A stretch of 62,261 nucleotides of DNA, counting the filler, from Nemertoderma westbladi (taxonomy: Eukaryota > Animalia > Xenacoelomorpha): assembly GCA_032718475.1 (NCBI GenBank). It is 3 parts of 3 records of this genome, joined end to end, with 100 filler letters (N's around TTAATTAATTAA, not from the genome) between each part and the next. Parts side by side here need not be neighbours in the genome. Positions count along the whole stretch, not along the records: positions 1 to 22,569 come from JAUCBJ010003891.1; positions 22,670 to 44,477 come from JAUCBJ010002203.1; 1 more part is not named here. One strand, given 5' to 3'. Numbering within the stretch: the stretch's first letter is position 1; every line of letters starts with the position of its first letter. Shown here piece after piece: positions 11,997 to 23,612 of the stretch. Under the pieces are notes generated by a model. The model made no database searches. It saw nothing but the letters and a program-made list of their open reading frames with translations, and was not told the origin of the DNA. Position numbers and translations under genes: made by a program.

Positions 11997-12567
11997 ATCC
12001 TCGGTCTTTGTAACCCGTCCATTGATCTTCTCAAGGACCTAGATTCTCTCACCCCTTGATCCACGTCATGTTCATCTTCCTCTTCAATGTTGAAAAATTC
12101 TGCAACATTCTCACGACCCCCCTCCATCGGTAACTGCTTCGCAACTGAATTCACAATTCTAACCGGTTCTTCTCTGCTGCTCTGTAGACTGGCCGAATCT
12201 ATACCATTTGACAGCGGCCTAACATTAGCGTTCATCTGATGATGGTCGTAAACTGTATCAACAACATCTGTATCACCTTGTCTTTGGAGCGTGTTCTCGG
12301 GACTATAATTAGCGATTCTTTCGGAAATCTTCCGATTATCCTCTCCAAACCCTCGAACATAACTTTTTGTCGGGTTTATTTCGACTTGGAATGATTTCTC
12401 ACGCTTTCTTTCGCGATAGTGTTGGCTAGACGAGTACTGAGTTTTATGCAGCTGGAAACATCTCACACAAAGTACGTCTTTGTCAGATACGTAATAATTC
12501 GTAACACTGGAAGGATAATGATATAATTTAATAGTTCAATATTATATACTTTCCGGTAGAAATCCAT
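11997..12567 (-). CDS. Putative first coding exon of an orphan propeptide-like gene (needs two compensating frameshifts)
   Basis: 165-aa open frame (12466-11969) with RKR and RSLRR sites. ATG at 12567 (MDFYRKVYNIELLNYIIIL) and donor GGAT|gttagt at 11997 share one frame, which is offset from the central open frame. Confidence 0.4.
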
Positions 12568-13463
12568 TTTAAAAGTTGTTAATTTTTTCCTTTCAAGTAT
12601 CTGGAACAAATTGGAAAATAATAAATACATACTGATTATGTTCTAGAACGATTTCTGGATTCAAAGTACCGGTAGCATAATCTAGCAGCTAGCTAGTATT
12701 TAAAGATCACACATGACCTACTATACCAACTAATAGTAGGTCATGGATCACAGTTAAAAAATCATTATTTCATGATTTCTATTAATCACTATTTTTTATT
12801 CGTGATCAATTAAAAATAAAACTGTTTCCAACATCAATTAGATTATAATTATTATGACTAGTTAGTATAAATGTAATACAAACTTGACGTGTTTCCTACA
12901 ATCAGCGCAACAGAAACACTTTTTATGCCATAATTTATCTACCGCCTCGATTTTTTCCAAAAGGTACACGGTTTTATTGCAGGCGGTGCATTTGTCGTTA
13001 CTTTCAGTTTGTCGTTGCCATCTTCTGGTTTGCTGCGAAAGAAAATAAATATTGTATTGTTTTAATTTAATTTAATCGTGGGACTGGTTTTATAAAATGA
13101 TGCCGACACATGGGGGGGGGGGGGCACAGTGGCACGTTTTTATAATCAAAACAATAAACGAACGTCAATAGCACATGGTTCAGTTTAAGTTTTGCGAGTA
13201 ATCAGCTGTTATTGAGTCGAATTTCTCCTAGAAAGGGATGATATATTTTATCAGCAAAATTTTTCTTAGGAAATGACTTGCAGATTAGAAATCCTCGCTA
13301 TGCCACAGTCCAGCGGCACTAACTAACTAACTATCGGCGTCATGTCATTAAATTATTACGTTAGTACCCATGGATACTATAAATATTCAATGAACAAACA
13401 AATTTAATGAAAACAAATTCCGGTAATTGTAACGGGTAGGAAGGCATTTGCTGGAGCTAAAAG

Positions 13464-13947
13464 ATGAATCTAAAAACGGGTAAAAGGAATCTTCAATTGT
13501 GTGTGTTGATTGGCTTCTTAGCTTCAGTATCTACCGACAACAACTTGTTGAATTTGGGGAAACTTGCAAAAGATTCAAACTCGAAAGTTAGTCGAACATA
13601 CCACAGTAATTACAGGGATGTAGGCGGTGACATATTGTCTGTGAGGGGGGAAGATAAACAAGTCAAAGGTGATCAGGAAGCCAAAATCGATATCCAACGC
13701 GACTTATTTAAACATTCTACAAATAAAGATACAGCCGATCGTAGGAAATATAGAAATTACGCTCTACGCCATGGCAGCAAGCGACAACAGCTGTCAGGTC
13801 AGGGCCCAGAACCTGGCCAGTACAGACGTGTACCGCAATTCGGTCAGCGAGGAGGCCCAGGAGGATCCAATGGAGTTCGAGGGATAGACGCCGGTAAATC
13901 ATATATATCGCGAGTGGACGGATCTAATCAACCCTCAGATCAATCAG
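13464..13947 (+). CDS. Exon 1 of an orphan secreted precursor-like protein
   Basis: N-terminal hydrophobic stretch (LQLCVLIGFLASVST). Dibasic sites RRK, KR-Q and RR. Phase-1 donor TCAG|gtgggt at 13947. Confidence 0.6.
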
Positions 13948-14203
13948 GTGGGTAATAATATATAGTGGACTGCTACTGGTATAACTTTAATTCCACGTGA
14001 CTCACAGACGTGCGGGATATAACCGTAATATTTCATTACATCCGAAACAAAAATTGTGTTTTACTCAACACCAAAGTGTAGGCCTACATACATTGCCTAG
14101 CAAACCTTGATAATTATAATCAAAGGTTTATAAGAGAAAAAGCTATAATTTTAATTATAAATATTATAAATAAATTTATTCACAAGTTGTTTATTTCAAG
14201 CAG

Positions 14204-14375
14204 ATGATACCGAGCAAGGGAGGCGATCCATAAACTACGTGCAACATTATTCACCTGGGAGGGGATATTTCTACGTGCCGGAAGTTAAAAAAGAGTTACT
14301 CGGAGAAATAAAAGCGATGGGAAACAACGACGACGACATAGAACGGACCAAGGGAGATTCTTCGAGCAATCTCGA
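14204..14375 (+). CDS. Exon 2 of the same gene (DDTEQGRRSINYVQHYSPGRGYFYVPEVKKELL...DSSSNL)
   Basis: NAGNAG acceptor ttatttcaagcag|. The frame is open and phase-compatible with exon 1. Perfect donor |gtaagt at 14376. Later exons were not found before the contig end. Confidence 0.65.
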
Positions 14376-15189
14376 GTAAGTACCGGTATAGATTTACTTT
14401 CCATCACATCCTTCTATAAGTTACAGTTAGAGTGACGTACCAACGAGTATGTACAGTAGGCCTAACAGTTGTATACAAAAATGATGACATTATGAAACTT
14501 ATACAGTAGATAGTTCGAACAAATGCGTTTATAGGTACAATTGAATTATTTTTAATAATTTGGAATGTTTGTTACAATAACCATGTCAACCTGAAACAAC
14601 GGTGTTGGGCACACCGCATCCAAAAAAATTTATACTAGCTACGATTTAATAGTTTTTAATTTGATAAATGTTCTAGAACATGTTATCTATTTTATTTAAA
14701 TTTATATTTCGTTATAGAACATAAATATTTTTTATAGAACATTTTTTAAAAATTATTTTTAATTATAACTGTTTTTGTCAAAATATTGTTCAATATGTTA
14801 GCCACTATAATTAAAACATGATTTGAATAGCACAGGTACCTGTATATTGTTTTAATATGTAGCCCGATAATGTTAAAATGTGCTCTACAACATACTAACA
14901 CTGTTTTACACTAACATTGTTAAGTAATGTTAAAATTTGGGAATACTAATTATATTACATCGCATGGTAAATAATTATTTATAGGAATACTATTATATGA
15001 ACATTATTTTTACTCGTAATATTTTATATACCGTAGCGAGCTGATTGTTAAACACAATCAAGACTTTTTTCAAAAAATATTCGATAATATAAATATTAAT
15101 TCTATAAGAACTAAAATTTTTGTAGTTAATAGCAACCACTATTGATAACATTTTCACAAATTGCAATATAAATTAGCTAGTATAAAAAA

Positions 15190-18100
15190 GTGATGGGCGG
15201 GAACGTACTGAACTTGTACCATTTTGGGCGGGAACGTACTGAACTAGTACCCTGTTGGACGGAAACGTACTGAACTAGTAGCCTGGATGGGCGGGAACGT
15301 ACTGAACTAGTACCCTGTTGGACCCGAACGTACTGAACTTGTACCATTTTGGACGGGAACGTACTGAACTAGTACCCTGTGGTGGGTGGGAACGTACTGA
15401 ACTAGTACCCTGTGATGGGTGGAAACGTACTGAACTAGTACCCTGTGATGGGTGGGAACGTACTGAACTAGTACCCTGGATGGGTGGGAACGTACTGAAC
15501 TAGTACCCTGTGGTGGGTGGGAACGTACTGAACTAGTACCCTGTGATGGGTGGGAACGTACTGAACTAGTACCCTGGATGGGTGGGAACGTACTGAACTA
15601 GTACCCTGTGGTGGGTGGGAACGTACTGAACTAGTACCCTGTGATGGGTGGGAACGTACTGAACTAGTACCCTGTGATGGGCTGCAACGTACTGAACTAG
15701 TAGACTGGATGGGCGGGAACCTAGTGAACTAGTACCCTGTGATGGGTGGGAACGTACTGAACTAGTACCCTGGATGGGCGGGGACGTACGGAACTAGTAC
15801 CCTGGATGGGCGGGAACCTACTGAACTAGTACCCTGTGATGGGTGGGAACGTACTGAACTAGTACCCTAGATCGGCGGGAACGTACTGGACTAGTAACCT
15901 AGATGGGCGGGTACGTACTGGACTAGTACCCTGTGTTGGGCGGGAACGTACTGAACTTGTACCATTTTGGGCGGGAACGTACTGAACTAGTACCCTGTTA
16001 GGCGGGAACGAACTGAACTAGTACCCTGTAATGGGTGGGAACGTACTGAACTTGTACCATTTTGGGCGGGAACGTACTGAACTAGTACCCTGTGATGGGC
16101 TTGAACGTACTGAACTAGTACCCTGTGTTGGGCGGGAACGTACTGAACTAGTACCCTGGATGGGTGGGAACGTACTGACTGAACTTGTACCATTTTGGGC
16201 GGGAACGTACTGAATTAGTACCCCGTGTTGGGCGGGAACGTACTGGACTAGTACCCTGGATGGGTGGGAACGTACTGGACTAGTACCGTGTGATGGGCGG
16301 GTACGTACTGAACTAGTACCCTGTTGGACCCGAACGTACTGAACTTGTACCATTTTGGGCGGGAACGTACTGAACTAGTACCCTGTTGGACGGGAACGTA
16401 CTGAACTAGTAGCCTGGATGGGCGGGAACGTACTGAACTAGTAACCTGTGATGGGTGCGAACGTACTGAACTAGTACCGTGTGATGGGCGGTAACGTACT
16501 GAACTAGTACCCTGTTGAGCGGGAACGTAATGAACTAGTACCCTGTGATGGATGGGAACGTACTGAACTAGTAGCCTGGATGGGTGGGAACGTACTGAAC
16601 TAGTACCCTGGATGGGTGGGAACGTACTGAACTAGTACCCTGGATGGGCGGGAACGTAATGAACTAGTACCGTGTGATGGGCGGGAACGTACTGAACTAG
16701 TACCCTGTTGAGCGGGAACGTACTGAACTAGTACCCTGTGATGGGTGGGAACGTACTGAACTAGTACCGTGTGATGGGCGGGAACGTACTGAACTAGAAC
16801 CCTGTGTTGGGCGGGAACGTACTGGACTAGTACCCTGGATGGGTGGGAACGTACTGGACTAGTACCCTGGATGGGTGGGAACGTACTGAACTAGTACCCT
16901 GTGAAGGATGGGAACGTACTGAACTAGTACCGTGTGATGGGCGGGAACGTACTGAACTAGTACCCTGTTGAGCGGGAACGTAATGAACTAGAACCCTGTG
17001 ATGGATGGGAACGTACTGAACTAGTAGCCTGGATGGGTGGGAACGTACTGAACTAGTACCCTGGATGGGTGGGAACGTACTGAACTAGTACCCTGTGATG
17101 GGCTGGAACGTACTGAACAAGGATCCTGGATGGGTGGGAACGTACTGAACTAGTACCCTGGATGGGCGGGAACGTACTGAACTAGTACCGTGTGATGGGC
17201 GGGAACGTACTGAACTAGTACCCTGTTGAGCGGGAACGTACTGAACTAGTACCCTGGATGGGTGGGAACGTACTGAACTAGTAGACTGGATGGGTGGGGA
17301 CGTACTGAACTTGTACCCTGGATGGGTGGGAATGTACTAAACTAGTACCCTGTAATGGGCGGGAACGTACTGAACTAGTACCCTGGATGGGCTGGAACGT
17401 ACTGAACTAGTACACTGGATTGGTGGGAACGTACTGAACTAGTACCCTGTGATGGGTGATGGGAGGGAACGTACTGAACTAGTACCCTGTGATGGGCTGG
17501 AACGTACTGAACTAGTAGCCTGGATGAGTGGGAACGTACTGAACTACTAGCGTGGATGGGTGGGAACGTACTGAACTAGTACCCTGTTATGGGCGGGAAC
17601 GTACTGAACTAGTACCCTGTGATTGGCGGGAACGTACTGAACTAGTACCCTGGATGGGTGGGAACGTACTGAACTAGTAGCCTGGATGGGTGGGAACGTA
17701 CTGAACTAGTACCCTGGATGGGCGGGAACGTACTGAACTAGTGCCCTGTGATGGGTGGGAACGTACTGAACTAGTACCCTGTGATGGGGGGAACGTACTG
17801 AACTAGTACCCTGTGATGGGCGGGAACGTACTGAACTAGTAGCCTGTGATGGGCGGGAACGTACTGAACTAGTACTCTGTGATGGGCTGGAACGTACTGA
17901 ACTAGTACCCTGGATGGGTGGGAACGTACTGAACTTGTACCATTTTGGGCGGGAACGTACTGAACTAGTACCCTGGATGGCGGGAACGTACTGAACTAGT
18001 AGCCTGGATGGGCGGGAACCTACTGAACTAGTATCCTGTGATGGGTGGGAACGTACTGAACTAGTACCCTGGATGGGCGGGGACGTACGGAACTAGTACC

Positions 18101-21100
18101 CTGGATGGGCGGGAACCTACTGAACTAGTACCCTGTGATGGGTGGGAACGTACTGAACTAGTACCCTAGATGGGCGAGAACGTACTGGACTAGTAACCTA
18201 GATGGGCGGGTACGTACTGGGCTAGTACCCTGTGTTGGGCGGGAACGTACTGAACTAGTACCCTGTGTTGGGCAGGAACGTACTCAACTTGTACCATTTT
18301 GGGCGGGAACGTACTGAACTAGTAGCCTGGATGGGTGGGAACGTACTGAACTAGTACCCTGTGATGGGTGGGAACGTACTGAACTTGTACCATTTTGGGC
18401 GGGAACGTACTGAACTAGTACCCTGTGATGGGCTGGAACGTACTGAACTAGTACCCTGTCTTGGGCGGGAACGTACTGAACTAGTACCCTGGATGGGTGG
18501 GAACGTACTGAACTTGTACCATTTTGGGCGGGAACGTACTGAACTAGTGCCCTGTGTTGAGCGGGAACGTACTGGACTAGTACCCTGGATGGGTGGGAAC
18601 GTACTGAACTAGTACCGTGTGATGGGCGGGAACGTTCTGAACTAGTACCCTGTTGAGCGAGAACGTACTGAACTAGTACCCTGTGATGGGTGGGAACGTA
18701 CTGAACTAGTACCGTGTGATGGGCGGGAACGTACTGAACTAGTACCCTGTTGAGCGGGAACGTAATGAACTAGTACCCTGTGATGGGTGGGAACGTACTG
18801 AACTAGTAGCCTGGATGGGTGGGAACGTACTGAACTAGTACCCTGGATCGGTGGGAACGTACTGAACTAGTACCCTGGATGGGCAGGAACGTACTGAACT
18901 AGTACCGTGTGATGGGCGGGAACGTACTGAACTAGTACCCTTTTGAGCGGGAACGTACTGAACTAGTACTCTGGATGGGCGGGAACGTACTGAACTAGTA
19001 CGCTGGATGGGCGGGAACGTACTGGACTAGTACCCCGGATGGGAGGGAACGTACTGAACTAGTACCCTGTGATGGGTGGGAACGTACTGAACTAGTAGAC
19101 TGGATGGGTGGGGACGTACTGAACTAGTACCCTGGATGGGCAGGAACGTACTGAACTAGTACCGTGTGATGGGCGGGAACGTACTGAACCAGTACCCTTT
19201 TGAGCGGGAACGTACTGAACTAGTACCCTGGATGGGCGGGAACGTACTGAACTAGTACGCTGGATGGGCGGGAACGTACTGAACTAGTAGCCTGTGATGG
19301 GTGGGAACGTACTGAACTAGTACCCTGTGATGGGCTGGAACGTACTGAACTAGTACCCTGTGATGGGCTGGAACGTACTGAACTAGTACCCTGGATGGGT
19401 GGGAACGTACTGAACTAGTAGCCTGGATGTGTGGGAACGTACTGAACTAGTACCCTGGATGGGCGGGAACGTACTGAACTAGTACCCTGTGATGGGTGGG
19501 AACGTACTGAACTTGTACCATTTTGGGCGGGAACGTACTGAACTAGTACCCTGGATGGGCTGGAACGTACTGAACTAGTACCCTGGATGGGTGGGAACGT
19601 ACTGAACTAGTACCTGTATGGGCGGGAACGTACTGAACTAGTACCCTGTAATGGGCGGGAACGTACTGAACTAGTACCCTGGATGGGCTGGAACGTACTG
19701 AACTAGTACACTGGATGGGTGGGAACGTACTGAACTAGTACCCTGTGATGGGTGATGGGTCGGAACGTACTGAACTAGTACCCTGTGATGGGCTGGAACG
19801 TACTGAACTAGTACCCTGGATGAGTGGGAACGTACTGAACTAGTAGCCTGGATGGGTGGGAACGTACTGAACTAGTACCCTGTGATGGGCGGGAACGTAC
19901 TGAACTAGTACCCTGTGATGGGCGGGAACGTACTGAACTAGTACCCTGGATGGGTGGGAACGTACTGAACTAGTAGCCTGGATGGGTGGGAACGTACTGA
20001 ACTAGTACCCTGGATGGGCGGGAACGTACTGAACTAGTACCCTGTGATGGGTGGGAACGTACTGAACTAGTACCCTGTGATGGGCGGGAACGTACTGAAC
20101 TAGTACCCTGTGATGGGCGGGAACGTACTGAACTAGTAGCCTGTGATGGGCGGGAACGTACTGAACTAGTACTCTGTGATGGGCTGGGAACGTACTGAAC
20201 TAGTACCCTGGATGGGTGGGAACGTACTGAACTTGTACCATTTTGGGCGGGAACGTACTGAACTAGTACCCTGGATGGCGGGAACGTACTGAACTAGTAG
20301 CCTGGATGGGCGGGAACCTACTGAACTAGTATCCTGTGATGGGTGGGAACGTACTGAACTAGTAGCCTGGATGGGCGGGAACCTACTGAACTAGTACCCT
20401 GTGATGGGTGGGAACGTACTGAACTAGTACCCTAGATGGGCGAGAACGTACTGGACTAGTAACCTAGATGGGCGGGTACGTACTGCGCTAGTACCCTGTG
20501 TTGGGCGGGAACGTACTGAACTAGTACCCTGTGTTGGGCAGGAACGTACTGAACTTGTACCATTTTGGGCGGGAACGTACTGAACTAGTAGCCTGGATGG
20601 GTGGGAACGTACTGAACTAGTACCCTGTGATGGGTGGGAACGTACTGAACTTGTACCATTTTGGGCGGGAACGTACTGAACTAGTACCCTGTGATGGGGG
20701 AACGTACTGAACTAGTACCCTGTGATGGGCGGGAACGTACTGAACTAGTACCCTGGATGGGTGGGAACGTACTGAACTTGTACCATTTTGGGCGGGAACG
20801 TACTGAACTAGTACCCTGTGTTGAGCGGGAACGTACTGGACTAGTACCCTGGATGGGTGGGAACGTACTGAACTAGTACCGTGTGATGGGCGGGAACGTT
20901 CTGAACTAGTACCCTGTTGAGCGAGAACGTACTGAACTAGTACCCTGTGATGGGTGGGAACGTACTGAACTAGTACCGTGTGATGGGCGGGAACGTACTG
21001 AACTAGTACCCTGTTGAGCGGGAACGTAATGAACTAGTACCCTGTGATGGGTGGGAACGTACTGAACTAGTAGCCTGGATGGGTGGGAACGTACTGAACT

Positions 21101-22569
21101 AGTACCCTGGATGGGTGGGAACGTACTGAACTAGTACCCTGGATGGGCAGGAACGTACTGAACTAGTACCGTGTGATGGGCGGGAACGTACTGAACTAGT
21201 ACCCTTTTGAGCGGGAACGTACTGAACTAGTACTCTGGATGGGCGGGAACGTACTGAACTAGTACGCTGGATGGGCGGGAACGTACTGGACTAGTACCCC
21301 GGATGGGAGGGAACGTACTGAACTAGTACCCTGTGATGGGTGGGAACGTACTGAACTAGTAGACTGGATGGGTGGGGACGTACTGAACTAGTACCCTGGA
21401 TGGGCAGGAACGTACTGAACTAGTACCGTGTGATGGGCGGGAACGTACTGAACTAGTACCCTTTTGAGCGGGAACGTACTGAACTAGTACCCTGGATGGG
21501 CGGGAACGTACTGAACTAGTACGCTGGATGGGCGGGAACGTACTGAACTAGTAGCCTGGATGGGTGGGAACGTACTGAACTAGTACCCTGTGATGGGCTG
21601 GAACGTACTGAACTAGTACCCTGTGATGGGCTGGAACGTACTGAACTAGTACCCTGGATGGGTGGGAACGTACTGAACTAGTAGCCTGGATGTGTGGGAA
21701 CGTACTGAACTAGTACCCTGGATGGGCGGGAACGTACTGAACTAGTACCCTGTGATGGGTGGGAACGTACTGAACTTGTACCATTTTGGGCGGGAACGTA
21801 CTGAACTAGTACCCTGTGATGGGCTGGAACGTACTGAACTAGTACCCTGGATGGGTGGGAACGTACTGAACTAGTAGCCTGGATGGGTGGGAACGTACTG
21901 AACTAGTACCCTGTGATGGGCGGGAACGTACTGAACTAGTACCCTGGATGGGCTGGAACGTACTGAACTAGTACCCTGGATGGGTGGGAACGTACTGAAC
22001 TAGTACCCTGTGATGGTGTGGGAACGTACTGAACTAGTACCCTGTGATGGGCTGGAACGTACTGAACTAGTACCCTGTGATGAGTGGGAACGTACTGAAC
22101 TACTAGCCTGGATGGGTGGGAACGTACTGAACTAGTACCCTGTGATGGGCTGGAACGTACTGAACTAGTACCGTGTGATGGGCGGGAACGTACTGAACTA
22201 GTACCCTGGTTGGGCGGGAACGTACTGAACTAGTACCCTGGATGGGCGGGAACGTACTGAACTAGTACGCTGGATGGGCGGGAACGTACTGGACTAGTAC
22301 CCCGGATGGGAGGGAACGTACTGAACTAGTACCCTGTGATGGGTGGGAACGTACTGAACTAGTAGACTGGATGGGCTGGAACGTACTGAACTAGTACCGT
22401 GTGATGGGCGGGAACGTACTGAACTAGTACCCTGGATGGGTGGGAACGTACTGAACTAGTAGCCTGGATGGGTGGGAACGTACTGAACTAGTACCCTGTG
22501 ATGGGCTGGAACGTACTGAACTAGTACCCTGTGATGGGCTGGAACGTACTGAACTAGTACCCTGGATGG
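15190..22569. repeat. ~30-bp satellite array (GGGAACGTACTGAACTAGTACC + variable CTG(T)GATGGGY), about 7.4 kb, running to the contig end
   Basis: Direct reading. The variable segments come from a small recurring set, so this is not a CRISPR array. Confidence 0.95.
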
Positions 22570-22669
22570 NNNNNNNNNNNNNNNNNNNNNNNNNNNNNNN
22601 NNNNNNNNNNNNNTTAATTAATTAANNNNNNNNNNNNNNNNNNNNNNNNNNNNNNNNNNNNNNNNNNNN
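22570..22669. other. Assembly gap with artificial TTAATTAATTAA linker
   Basis: N44 + TTAATTAATTAA (22614-22625) + N44; the linker gives stops in all six frames. Confidence 0.97.
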
Positions 22670-23612
22670 CATCAATAACATCAATAATATCTCTAATTCT
22701 TAACTATTTTCTAATTATCACTGCAGAAATGGATTCAGCCTAATTTTAGACCTTAGAACATGTCTTAATTATCGATTATAACCAATTGGTTATTGATTAT
22801 TGACATAATAAATATTAACCAATAGGAGATGGTTTAGCGCGAAATTCAAACTCAAATGTTTACCTGCATTTTTCTCAAATGTGTTTCTCCTCCGCCATTT
22901 CTTAACGGATTTCAATTTTTTTTGTGGGAGGTTGTAGCTGAGGATTGTGTCTACAGAATAATGGGCCGGATTTTCAAAATTTTGCCTCAGTCAGAAGTTA
23001 TGACGTCATCAATCTCATTTTTTCGAAAAAATCAAAATTTTATGAAAAAATGACATTTGTGACGTTATAACTTTTGATTGCAGCAAAACTTTGAAAATCT
23101 GCCCCATTATTCTGTAGACACAATCTTTACCTACAATGTCCAACAAACAGAATCGAAATCCGTTAAGAAATGGCGGAGGAGATAGATTTTTAGTAAAAAA
23201 TAAGCACATTTGAGAAAAATGCAGGTAAACATCTGAGTTTGAATTTCGCGCTAAACCATCTCCTATTGGTTAATATTTATTATGTCAATAATCAATAACC
23301 AATTGGTTATAATCGATAATTAAGACATGTTCTAAGGTCTAAAAATTACGCTGAGTCCATTTCTGCAGTTATAATTAGAAAATAGTTAAGAATTCGAGAT
23401 ATATTTAGTTATTTAAATATAGTCATTATATTAACTAATAATTTTATTAAATTAGTGGAATATTTAAATAGCTGTATCTCAAAAACTAAAAGTCGTATAG
23501 CGATGCAGATTTCACCATTAAAATCACCGTAAAATTCTGTATTAGATAAAATTAAAAAAAAACGTCCAAATTTTACACCTCTCGGTGACCCCCCCCCCCC
23601 CCCCCCCCCCCC
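22670..23612. mobile_element. Palindromic (foldback) non-autonomous DNA transposon ending CCCC-TTAA; left end cut by the gap
   Basis: About 22687-23030 is the reverse complement of about 23040-23404 (e.g. ttagaccttagaacatgtcttaattatcg / cgataattaagacatgttctaaggtctaa). TTAA at 23613-23616 suggests Kolobok/piggyBac-type target preference (inference). Confidence 0.75.

Noticed and set aside
15190-22569. CRISPR array (constant hairpin repeat plus variable spacers)
   Set aside because: The 'spacers' are only about 7-10 nt, drawn from a few recurring variants. There are no cas genes and the context is eukaryotic.
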